Shown here piece after piece: positions 52,029 through 62,507 of a stretch of DNA of 64,000 bases (the stretch's first letter is position 1; the number at the start of each line of letters is the position of its first letter). The DNA comes from Octopus vulgaris (taxonomy: Eukaryota). A program made the translations under genes and the position numbers. The notes beneath the pieces were generated by a model, which ran no database searches, was not told where the DNA came from, and saw only the letters and a list, made by a program, of their open reading frames with translations. The DNA lies in NCBI GenBank assembly GCA_951406725.2, contig OX597837.1, positions 10,850,001 to 10,914,000 of the forward strand, read 5' to 3'.

Positions 52029-52994
52029 GTCAATATCTTGTTGCACAGGTACTGTGCAGGGAGGCCCTCCATGCAGCAAGAAGTGCCCCAAACAGCTCGT
52101 GTCGGTTCCTGTATTGCTGCACATTCAAATCCCTACCCAATCGACTCCAGAGGTTCTCAATAGGGTTCAGGTCAGGTGACTGGCCAGGCCAGGCCAGTCC
52201 ATGACCGTCACCCTATGGTCCTTGAAGAAACCGGTTGTGAGCTTGGCTGTGTGGGGAGGCGCGTTGTCCTGCTGGAGCACGTACTCCTCGCCACCAAAGA
52301 GGTATCCCGCAGAGGGTAGGGCAGCATTCCGTACTATCTCAACGTACTTTGCTGCGTTGATGTTGCCTTCGACGGCATAGAGCCGCCCAACACCACTGTA
52401 GCTGAACGCCCCCCACACCATCAGACCACCCCCACCATGCTTCATGGTGGGAGCAATGCAGTCTTTGTTGAAGCGCTCACCCCTGCGGCGTCGCACATGG
52501 ACAGGCTTGTCACTGACGAGACTGAATCGCGACTCGTCAGTGAACATCACTGTCCGCCACAGCTGCACGGTCCATGTCTTGTGGGCACGGGCCCAGAGCA
52601 GCCGCCTCTTCCGGTTTTGGGCTGTAAGGAGCGGCTTACGGGCGGCCCTACAGGATTTTAGACCAGCTTCCAGTAATCTGGTCTTGACGGTGGTTGTAGA
52701 CAACTGCTTCCCTGTCACCTTTTGCATCTCCTCCGCCAGTTGCCGGCTCGTTGCCCTTCGGTTGTTCAGCGACTTTCGGATCAGCATCCGGTCCTCCCGC
52801 TGGGTCGTCAGCCTCTTCTGTCCCCTACCCTTTTTGTCAGCTGCTGATCCGGTTTCTTCGTATTTCTTAAATAAGCACTGAATTGTGCGCCTGGCTACAC
52901 CAAGTTTTCTGGCTATTGCAGCCTCCGACAGCTTCCCACGCCACGAGAGAGCCTCGTACCGTCTCTCCAAGGTCATGCGAGGTCTTGGGCCCAT
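52029..52994 (-). pseudogene. Tc1 transposase, frameshifted near the C-terminus
   Basis: HTH, GRQKR linker, MFTDESRF, MVWGAFS, QQDNAPPH. Removing a 5-bp GGCCT duplication restores WPGQSPDLNPIENLW with 34 residues between D and E. Confidence 0.92.
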
Positions 52995-53153
52995 CTAGGA
53001 ATGAACGATAAAAACCAGTTATTTTCATTAAAACTATTCATTTGAATAATGTTATGCTATAACAAAACTACTATGAGTTATTATTCATTAAACAAAAAAG
53101 AAAGAAAGCAGAATTTCTCACTTTATTTGATGTATAACAGAAAGTTTTGTGAA

Positions 53154-53169
53154 CCGGAAGTGACGTCAC
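53154..53169 (+). promoter_or_regulatory. Overlapping ETS-CRE motif CCGGAAGTGACGTCAC in the Tc1 5' region
   Basis: Exact CCGGAAGTG plus TGACGTCA overlap, about 160 bp upstream of the transposase ATG. Confidence 0.6.
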
Positions 53170-54091
53170 AAAGCAGAGTGTAGGAGAATTTGTGAGGAAA
53201 AAAATCTTGCAAATACACAAATCAATTAACCTACAAGCTGTTCAAAACGTCTTACGCGATGAGAAAACTTAGTACGGTGTGATTTCGGTCCTTGCGAGGC
53301 GCTACCTATATCTATTAAACAAAGGAAGATTTGTCTGCATCCGCACTCCAAGTTGTTGTTGCACTGCTATGTCAACATCATTAGGCTGTAGACTCTCAAA
53401 CCGCTCTGCAAACAAAGTTACGTCATCGTTCTGCGCAACAGTGAACTCGCAACAAAGCAATAGTTCGAGATATGCCCACTAGGTGACAGCACATACCTTG
53501 AGTGAAGAGCAAATCAAGGGTGCTAATTAATTTCTGACGGTAGTGTATATATATATATATATATATATATAGGCGCAGGAGTGGCTGTGTGGTAAGTAGC
53601 TTGTTTACCAACGAAGCCCGTCGTATATATGTATATATGTGTGTTTGGGTGTCTGTGTTTGTCCCCTTAGCATTGCTTGACAACCGATGCTGGTGTGTTT
53701 ATGTCCTCGTTACTTAGCGGTTCGGCAAAAAAGACCGATAGAATAAGTACTGGGCTTACAAAAGAATAAGTCCCGGGGTCGAGTCGCCCGATTAAAGGCG
53801 GTGCTCCAGCATGGCCGCAGTCAAATGACTGAAACAAGTAAAAGAGTAAAAAATATACATATGTGTTTGTGTGTCTCTGTTTGTCTGGAGCCTACCCAAG
53901 GTTATAAAAATTCTTGCATTCTGCCTCACTTGGTCCTTGGTGGCAGCCACTGACCACACGCCACGTCTCTTTGGACCAGCGTCGATGAACCAGAAATTCA
54001 GCCTGTCTCAGCTTTCGTCAGCCAGCCATCTCCGGTCTTCAGCAGATCACAGCCACATAAACGGAACCAGCAGATCTGAAGTTATTTAACT

Positions 54092-54401
54092 CAGTGGTTC
54101 CCAAACTTTTTCGGGGTTGCCGCCCCCATGACATCCAGGCCACGTTCCTAAAAACACCTCACCCCAACTAATCATCGCAACCACAGGCCCCTTTCCGAAG
54201 CAAATTCAAAGCAACTGTATTTCACAAATAAAACTTTACCTAATCAACCCATTATCTTGTCTTTACATGAAACGCCGCCCCATTATCGCCCCACTTTTTA
54301 CACGAACCACTATCCCATTATCGCCCCACTTTTATTCAATGCTTCCTTGAACTTTCCACCGCCCCTCAGGGGATCAATACCGTCCACTTTGAGAACCAAT
54401 G
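54092..54401. mobile_element. hAT-like MITE remnant
   Basis: Termini CAGTGGTTCCCAAACT ... ACTTTGAGAACCAATG; TSD not evident. Confidence 0.5.
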
Positions 54402-54915
54402 ACTCCTTGTTCCAGACTGTCATATAATCACCATCTCCTCAAAGACATACTTCATCTCGAAAGAGTCCAGAAGCTGGCTACCCGCATGGTTCTTGGTCTC
54501 AAGCATTTGTCTTATGAAGAAAGGCTGAAGACGCTCAACCTTTATTCTCTAGAAAACGACGATGCCGTGGTGATCTCATTCTTGCTCACAACATCATAAG
54601 CGGAAAGTGTAACCTCTCGAAAGAGCTGTTCTTCACTCCTGCTCCTGAGCGTCGGCTGCGGGGTCACTCCGAAAAGCTCTATCTGCGACGATTTCATCTC
54701 AATCGAAGGAGAAGGGCTTTCTCCGTCCGGGTTGCAGATCCGTGGAATAAGCTGCTGGACGAGTTAGTGAAGATGCCGACGACCGCTCGGTTCAAGGTCT
54801 CTCTTGACCAGAAATGGCCTGAACTCTTTGCATGAACACCCTCCCTGTACATAACTTCATGTCCCCCTACATGGCCTTGCTTTTTGCGTTTTGAGCCAAA
54901 TTAACTTAACTTAAC
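54402..54915 (+). mobile_element. CR1/L2-group LINE 3' fragment
   Basis: Reads LERVQKLATRMVLGLKHLSYEERLKTLNLYSLE, then RGHSEKL and FSVRVADPWNKL in other frames, with a (TTAAC)n tail. A shorter antisense copy lies at about 37220-37445. Confidence 0.85.
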
Positions 54916-55013
54916 ACCATTCTCTTTTGGAAATCTTATTTTTATAACGAGAGGAATAAATCGTCGCTTATTCAACTTATCCAAATTTTATTGTCACCTT
55001 TCTTCTTTCTTCG

Positions 55014-55062
<49 letters not shown>

Positions 55063-55369
55063 CGCTTCTGTGTGGTAAGAAACTTGCTTCCCAACCACTT
55101 AGTTCTAGGTTCATTCCCTCTGCGTGGCACTTTGGGCAAGAGCCTTTTACTGCGGCCTCGGATCGACCAAAGCCTTGTGAGTGAAATTGGTAGACGAAAA
55201 CTGAAAGAAGCCCATGATATGTGTGTGTGTGTCTTTGTGCCTGTATTCCCCCCCCCCCCACACACACACACTCACACTTCGCTTGACAACCGATGTTGGT
55301 GTGTTTACGTCCGTAACTTAGCGGTTCGGCAAAAGAGATCGATAGAATAAGTAGTAAGCTTACAAAGCA

Positions 55370-56190
55370 ACATCCTCTCCTCTCCAATATGGACCAGTTC
55401 CAACAGGGACTTGAATGAAGCTGAGGGAATTGGGCTTGTCTGCCCCTGAGAAAATGGAGGACTGTTGGAGTCAGAGAGCTTGGGACAGCATAATTTCGAA
55501 GGCCACCTTCGACTCTCTCTTTATCCAGTTGGACCAGTTTTCAAGGTACCGCTTACTGTCTGCTAGTACCAAATACTCAGGTGACTGGATTGATGCCATC
55601 CCTGTGGCTAATGTTGGTGGCCTACTCATTTTGGACGAACTTCGTGTCTCCATTGCCCTCAGAATGGGAGCCGACGTATGCACAGATTTGATGTGTCATT
55701 GTGGTAGGCTCCTCAACTCCACAGGCCATGATACTCAAGAGGAGCATGACCCAGGCAAACATCTCCTCCATTTTGGAACCATCTGGATTGTCCAGATGTG
55801 ATGGGAAAAGACTTGACGGCCTCATCCTGTGCCCTTGGTCGCGAGGTGGATGCCTTGTCTAGGATGTCACAGTTAGCGACTCCTTTGCTCCTTCTCACAT
55901 CCTGGATGCTGCGCTCAGGGTGAGATCCACAGCTTCTGCGACCAAGCGGAACAAAATCCTGAAACACAGCAATCTGTCGGCCAACTACATTTTCCATCCT
56001 GTGGCGTTCGAGATTCCTGTCTCCACTGGCGACTCGCCTAGCAGAGGTAACTGGTGAGGCCCGTGAGGGCGCTTGGCTGTTCCAGTGTATCAGCCTCGCC
56101 ATCACCGCGGCAATGCTGCAAGCATGCTGGTGTGTCTCAATAGCCATTAGAGAGGTTTCCCCAGTGCCCCCAGGTTTTCAACCTAAGATG
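55370..56190 (+). pseudogene. CRE-clade (RLE-type) non-LTR retrotransposon C-terminal remnant
   Basis: Across frames: RLLSA...SGDWIDAIP...LRVSIALRMG...CHCG, then LEPSGLSRCDGKRLDGL..PWSRG.CLV*DVT, HPVAFE and REGAWLFQCISLA..RGNAAS (zinc knuckle plus PD-D/ExK nuclease region); several frameshifts. Confidence 0.75.
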
Positions 56191-56307
56191 GTGAATTTTT
56201 TTGTTTTTTTTTCCTTTAATTTTTTCAATTGAGTTCTCTGTTTTGTCCAATTTTCTAATTTAATTTTTTAAAACTAGATTAATAAAATACATTAAATTAC
56301 CGAGTTT

Positions 56308-56736
56308 GGATCTTTTCGGTTTGAACGGCAGTTTCTTCTAGCGATGTCATATGAAATTATCACCCATAATTATGACCCTAGTATCGATCTATTGCATTTG
56401 AATCTGTTTTAGGGTTAGGGTTAGTTAGGGTTAGGGTTGGGGGAAAGGTATCTTTTTTTCTTCACAAATGTAAATAAACCCAATCTGTTTCTTAAATGAG
56501 GGACATATTCATACGGCACAGAATGTTTTTTTTACCTCAATAGATGTCATTGATTGGATGAAATTGCAGAAATTGAAGAAAGCAAAAACAACAAATATCT
56601 TACAGACTATAGAATTTCCCCAATAAAGCCAAGAGAAAAAGATGCTTTATAAATACATTCTACCAGTATACGAAGTTTAAAAGTGTTTAGTTACCTAGAA
56701 ATTATGTTAAAACTGCCGTTCAAACCGAAAAGATCC
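56308..56736. mobile_element. Merlin-like MITE with internal TTAGGG repeats, flanked by ~115-bp direct repeats
   Basis: Same TIRs; TTAGGGTTAGGGTTAGTTAGGGTTAGGG at about 56409-56436; direct repeats at 56192-56307 and 56741-56858. Confidence 0.85.
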
Positions 56737-57725
56737 ATAATGAATTTTTTGTTTTTGTTTTCTTTTTAATTTTTTCAATTGAGTTCTCTATTTTGTCCAA
56801 TTTTCTAATTTAATTTTTAAAAAACTAGATTAATAAAATACATTAAATTACTGAGTTTTATTACGGTAGAAGTATAATCTCAAATTCGTGAATAAAACGA
56901 AAGTTGTTTGAAAAGAAGTGGAACAAAAATTGGTTGGGAACAGAGGCAGATTTACAAAATGGCCGTCAAACAATGGCTAACTAAGGGAGACAACAAAGGA
57001 CATAAAGATTGAAAATATCAAAATTACTGATATATTCTTTCTATTTCGAGCACAAGGCCTGAAATATTAGGGGAAGGGATAAGTCCATTACATCTATCCC
57101 AACACTTAACTAGTTCTTATTTTATTGACCGCGAAAGGGTAAAAGGTTAACCCCCACCAACGCCGGAATTAGAACTAGGGACGGAAAAAATTCCTCAAAG
57201 CATTTCTGTTTGGTGTGGTAACGATCACACCATTTATGGAATTGGTATTCGGCTAATGAATAAAGTAATTACAATGTGTGCAAATGATAATTAATTAAAA
57301 TTTACACACGATATTCTGTAATCCTTAATGCAAAATGTTCAAGCAAGGTAGATGTTATTACGTCCCTTGATTTAATCTACACAGGTTCACACAAATATTA
57401 ATAAATTAATATTTATTAAACACGAATCAATCACAAAATCATATTTTCTTATGACTAAAATAATCTTAGTGTCCTGATAAAAATTAATTAATGATAACTA
57501 ACAAATAATAATAATCAACAAAATGACACATCCGTTAGAGAAACTCGTAGTGCAACATCCTATGCAAAAAACTGTTCATATTCTCGTTGCTTTAATTGGT
57601 ATAAATAAATTAGATTAATTTCCTTTAGAGAAATAATATATATATACCGAAATAAATCAGACTATATCTTTATATTTCTTTAAAAATAAAAAGGGAATTA
57701 TTATTTAAGACATTTATATAACATT

Positions 57726-57781
57726 ATGCAAATTAAATAACTTATATTTTAAATTATCCTGCTATCAGATACCTATATATA
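57726..57781 (+). promoter_or_regulatory. External (type-3-like) Pol III promoter elements of tRNA-Sec
   Basis: TATATATA at -31 to -24 (57774-57781) and octamer ATGCAAAT at 57726-57733. A PSE is not recognisable by eye. Confidence 0.55.
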
Positions 57782-57804
57782 GATCTGCGGCAGCCAATAA
57801 TATT

Positions 57805-57891
57805 GCCCGAACGAGCTTCAGTGGTCTGGAGTGCAGGCTTCAAACCTGTAGCTGACTGACGTCAGAGTGGTTCAATTCCACCTTTCGGGCG
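57805..57891 (+). tRNA. tRNA-Sec: Selenocysteine tRNA (anticodon TCA)
   Basis: 87 nt, GCCCGAACG...TTCAAA...TTTCGGGCG: 9/4 fold, 6-bp D stem CTTCAG/CTGGAG, anticodon arm TGCAGG-CTTCAAA-CCTGTA, long variable arm CTGAC/GTCAG, G73 discriminator. Closely matches metazoan tRNA-Sec. Confidence 0.98.
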
Positions 57892-57892
57892 A

Positions 57893-57921
57893 AGGACCGC
57901 CCCACGGTCCTATTTTGTTTT
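57893..57921 (+). terminator. Pol III terminator with preceding hairpin
   Basis: AGGACCG-CCCCA-CGGTCCT (7-bp stem) followed by ATTTTGTTTT. Confidence 0.65.
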
Positions 57922-58124
57922 GCCTACATTCAATTTATTTAATAAATATTATTTCTTTTTGGTAATTTTCAGTTTTGCTTCCGTTTAGGGTTTTCCTTTA
58001 ATACGAAGGCATATATTATCCGACCCCGCCCACAATCAACTTTTCATCATTTTCTGAAATAATGAATATTTTCATTTGAAATTTTCAACAAATTGCGTGG
58101 ATTCCAACAATATCAAACTTTGTA

Positions 58125-58245
58125 AATATATATATATATATACACATACATACATATATATACATACATACATATATATATATAGATACATATATATATA
58201 TACACATAGATACATACATATATATATGTATATATATATATATAT

Positions 58246-58312
<67 letters not shown>

Positions 58313-58350
58313 GATACATACATATATATATATATATATGTATATATATA
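58125..58350. repeat. (TA)n/(TACA)n microsatellite
   Basis: Direct inspection. Similar tracts at about 9500-9780 and 13135-13375. Confidence 0.9.
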
Positions 58351-59089
58351 TTCGTGAGAGGGCTTTCGGACAATTCACACAGGTCAACTTTGTTTTCTCA
58401 TAACTTTCAGAAAAACAGGTTTTGTTTTTTTTGTCATCAAATTTTCACCGAATACGTTTCAGAGTGCATAGTTTACGATTATATCGGAATTGAAAAAAAA
58501 AAAAAAAATTGGTGGACTCGTACAGATATATACTGACGCACATCATATATATCTAAAAAAGAAACTTGTAATTTCTAAAAAAAAAAAAAAAGATAGTGTA
58601 CAACGCGTTCACCATTCCCACCCACTTATTATTATTTTTAATATTAAATTCTAATATAATCACAACCTACATACTCTGAAAGGAATTTTTTTATAAAATA
58701 GTATCTGTTTTTCTGAAAGTTATAAGGAAACAAGACCAGGTCGTGTGAATTTTTCGAAACTCCTCTCCCCACCAGCAAAAAATTCTTTTCTTCACTAATT
58801 CTGCTACGATCGGAATCTGCTCTATCTGTAGCGTACTTCTAGAAAAGTTCATTAAAAATAGAAAAAAATTCAGTTTTCGGGAAGTTATGAGGAAACAAAA
58901 TTAGGTGGGGGTACGCTTGTGTAGGTATTGTAATAATCTTTCATTCTGGTATTGTTATTCTAACTTATTGAACTCAGCATTTGTTCTATTAGTTCTTTAT
59001 AATGAGCTGCTAAGTTACAAGAACGTAAATAAGCCGACACCAGTTATCAAGTGATGTGGGCACACACAGTCCTATCTAGGGCAGATCGA

Positions 59090-59188
59090 CGACTATCTAT
59101 CTATCTATCTACTTATCTGTCTCTCTGTCTATCTATCTGTCTATGTATCTATCTATCTGTCTGTCTATCTATCTATCTATCTGTCTGT

Positions 59189-59242
<54 letters not shown>

Positions 59243-59355
59243 GTCTGTCTGTCTGTCTGTCTATCTGTCTATCTGTCTGTCTGTCTATCTATCTATCTGT
59301 CTCTATCTATCTATCTTTATCTATTTATCTATCTTTATCTGTCTATCTATCTTTA

Positions 59356-59386
<31 letters not shown>

Positions 59387-59390
59387 GCTT
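59090..59390. repeat. (ATCT/GTCT)n tetranucleotide repeat
   Basis: Direct inspection. Confidence 0.9.
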
Positions 59391-59957
59391 GTATGTATGC
59401 TGGCTTGTCCGTCTGTCCATTTATCCTTTTCAAAAACAGCAGGGTGTAATTTTCGAGGCAATTCAACTGCTATTTCTAGCACGCAGACTGATCTCTTAGA
59501 AACTTGCTATTGACTCTCTTAAGAGTTGTCCCGCTTGGCCTTACACCCAAAATCCACTCCAAATACATTTCCAAGTAAAAAGGTAACAGAAAAAGAAAAA
59601 AAAAACACCTTTGCTACACACACACACACATTAAAAAAACCACATAGAAATAAATAATATATCTGAAAATAAAGAATTTATGCAAAGAAGATGACAATTA
59701 TAGAAGCTGAAAAATCTAGAGGACCATTATGTTGAATGGTGCTGGCAATAGGTGGCGCTTCTGGAGCAGTGGTTGCACCGATGTCGGTTTCCTTAAACCG
59801 ACGTTAATTAACGCACCTAATTAATTACTGCATAAATGATCACTACCTAAATAACAACACCAGTAGGCTGTTTATCTTTCCTCCAACATCTCTATTTACT
59901 CTATTTATTTCCATCTTCTCTGTTTTCCGGGGGATTTTTCTTGCTTCTTCGATAGAA

Positions 59958-60111
59958 ATGGAGAATGTTAAACTTCAATCGCACCTTGATGCTCCTGGCA
60001 CCCGGAATGAACACCCGACTGTTTGTGTGGCTAGTACGAGTAGCGATGGATTGCCTGTCGCAATTAAAGAAGAACCGTTGTCTCAAGACACCTACGAAGT
60101 ACTGCTTTATG
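59958..60111 (+). CDS. Probable first or early coding exon of a downstream gene (unknown nuclear protein)
   Basis: Reads MENVKLQSHL...AIKEEPLSQDTYEVLLY(G), with donor g|gtaaga and a pyrimidine tract plus AG at 59955. IKEEP is a SUMO-type motif. CpG-rich non-repetitive context; no further exon identified. Confidence 0.55.
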
Positions 60112-61370
60112 GTAAGAACTGCGTAGTTTTAAATCTCCACCGCGTTTCATAAACAAGGACGTGATGCCGGGCCGCCGGGCCGCCGGTACCCCTGTCCTTC
60201 TTTGTTCGTTGTAACAAACACGGAACGAACAATCCAGTTCGTGTCTTCTATAATAGTTAAATCCACATCTAAGCTGCTTTAGGAAATATTAAAATTGCGG
60301 GTCTTTCCCTATCGCAGCTGTTAAATCAAAAGAGAAAATACAAAATGACATTTGCAGACAAGAAACACGAACGTCGTTAAATTCTCTGAGAAAATTAAAT
60401 ACTTTGACAAAACAATAATAAACAAACAGTAATGGTTCGAATCTCTCTCTATATATAAAGCTGAAGTTGTCTGTGTGTGACAGCCTTCAACTGACACTAT
60501 CTCCTCCGAGACCCTGCGGCACAAGTTGACCAAAATTGAGAGTATGATAGAAGAAGGTTTGCTCTTCCTTCTGTAGAAGAAAAAATTAAAATCGGACCAT
60601 GTTAAGACCAAAAATTATTTACATCAAAAAGGGTGGGGTTTTTTTCCTATGAAAATCCCTATTTTTTACGAGTTTTCGACTTCTGTGTCGCCCTTTTTCG
60701 GTGTATTTCAACCGGAAAAAATGTTCACTTAAAGAGAATAACAAGCTACATAATGCAAAATTTTTACTTTTCAAAAATTCCAATCCTAAAGGGTCGAAAA
60801 GAAAACAAACCCGAGCAATGCTGGGCTATACTACTACTAGTTTAAAATAATGTTAAGAATTAGTGTTTTTCTTCAGTATGAAATATATTCAACTGAGATA
60901 ATATAGTTTGATTCAATATTGTAGTGACACTTTGTAAAGGCGACAAAACAAGAAACCCGTGTTATTTAAAAACAATCTGGTATATTCTGGATCAAACAAT
61001 ACTATCCTTGTTAAATATATATATATTTTATACAGTTTTATATACTTTAAAAAGTCATATTTAGTTCTACCTAACTTGAACTGTCGTTGTTTGTTTATAA
61101 AATTTTGATTGCGACACGTTCGTGTTTGTTTATTATTGTATTATTCTGCTGCTTTTGTTTTCATTTAAGTTGACAGTAAAATATACAAGGTATTCTAGGT
61201 CTAGAAAATTTAATTTAAAAAATAATGATTTTAGGTACAGGCGAGCTGTGTCGTTAAAAGTTTGCTTCCCAAGTGTATAGTTCCGGGTTCGGTCCCACTT
61301 TGTGGCATCTCGGGCAAGTGTTTACTATTCTTTTCGGTCCCACTGCATGATATCTTGGGCAAGTGTTTTC

Positions 61371-61793
61371 GGATCAGTTCGGTTTGACCGGCAGTTTTTT
61401 AAAATAATTTCCACGTAACTAAACACTTTTAAACTTCGTATACTGGTAGAATGTGTTTATAAAACATCTTTTTCTTGGCTTTATTGAGAAAATTCTATAG
61501 TTTGTAAGATATTTGTTGTTTTTTTTCTTCAATTTCTGCAATTTCAACTAATCAATGACGTCTATTGAGGTGAAAACATTCTGTGTCGTATGACTATGTC
61601 CCTCGTTTAAGAAACAGATTGCGTTTATTTACATTTGTGAAGAAAAAAGATACCCTTCCCCCCACCACTAACCATAACCCTAACTAACCCTAAAAAGAGA
61701 TTGAAATGCAATAGATCGATACTAGGGTCATAATTATGGGTGACAATTTATATGAGACAGCTAGAAAAACTGCTGTTCAAACCGAAAAGATCC
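61371..61793. mobile_element. Merlin-like MITE inserted in a family-1 SINE
   Basis: Same TIR family; perfect 8-bp TSD GTGTTTTC; internal CCCTAA repeats. Confidence 0.85.
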
Positions 61794-62507
61794 GTGTTTT
61801 CGACTATTCTGGGTTTGGTCCCACTGCGTGGTATCTTGGGCAAGTATTTTCTACTATAACCCTGAGCCGACCGAATACTTCTGAATGGATTTGGTAGACG
61901 GAAACTGAAGGAAGCCCGACATATATATCTATTGTGTTTGTTCCCCACCACTGCTTGGCAACCCGTGTTGGGTTATTTATGTTCCCCGTAACTTAATGGT
62001 TTGACAAAAACTGATCAATAGAATAAAAACCAAACTGAAAAAAAGTACTGGGGTCGATTCATTCGACTAAAACCCATGAAGCCGGTGCCCCAGCATGGCC
62101 GCAGTCCAATGACTGAAACAAATGATAAACTTTTTGACACGAAATTCTGATATGATAGTAATCATCATCATCATCGTTTAACGTCCGTTTTCCATGCTGG
62201 CACGGGTTGGACGATTTGACAGGAGTTAGCCAGCTGGGGAGCTTGACACATCTTCTCAAGTACAGCAAATCACCACATCTCCTGGTCCCTTGTCATTTCC
62301 TCAGTGAGGCCCGGCATCTGAAGATCCTTTCTTGTCCCATGTTTTCCTGGGTCTACCCCTTCCACAATTACAGTTTGGCACTTCTTTATGTCCTCCCCCA
62401 TGCACATCGCATGACCAAATCTGCTCAGTCTTCTCTCTTGCACACAGCATCTGATGCCACTTGTGCCTGGTTTCCTTTTCTAGATGGAAGGCACACTTGT
62501 GTAGTTA

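Larger units (their letters stand above)
51899..53545 (-). mobile_element. Near-full-length Tc1 (DD34E) DNA transposon, 1647 bp
   Basis: 26-bp TIRs CACTTGCGTCAGAAATTAATTAGCAC / GTGCTAATTAATTTCTGACGGTAGTG (2 mismatches), TA TSD; inserted in the TA-rich tract of a SINE. Confidence 0.95.

Noticed and set aside
52444-52881. Antisense ORFs within the Tc1 transposase and RBM5 exons
   Set aside because: These are shadow ORFs of GC-rich coding sequence with no independent signals.
56409-56436. True telomere or chromosome-fusion site
   Set aside because: Only a few units, at a fixed position inside each MITE copy.
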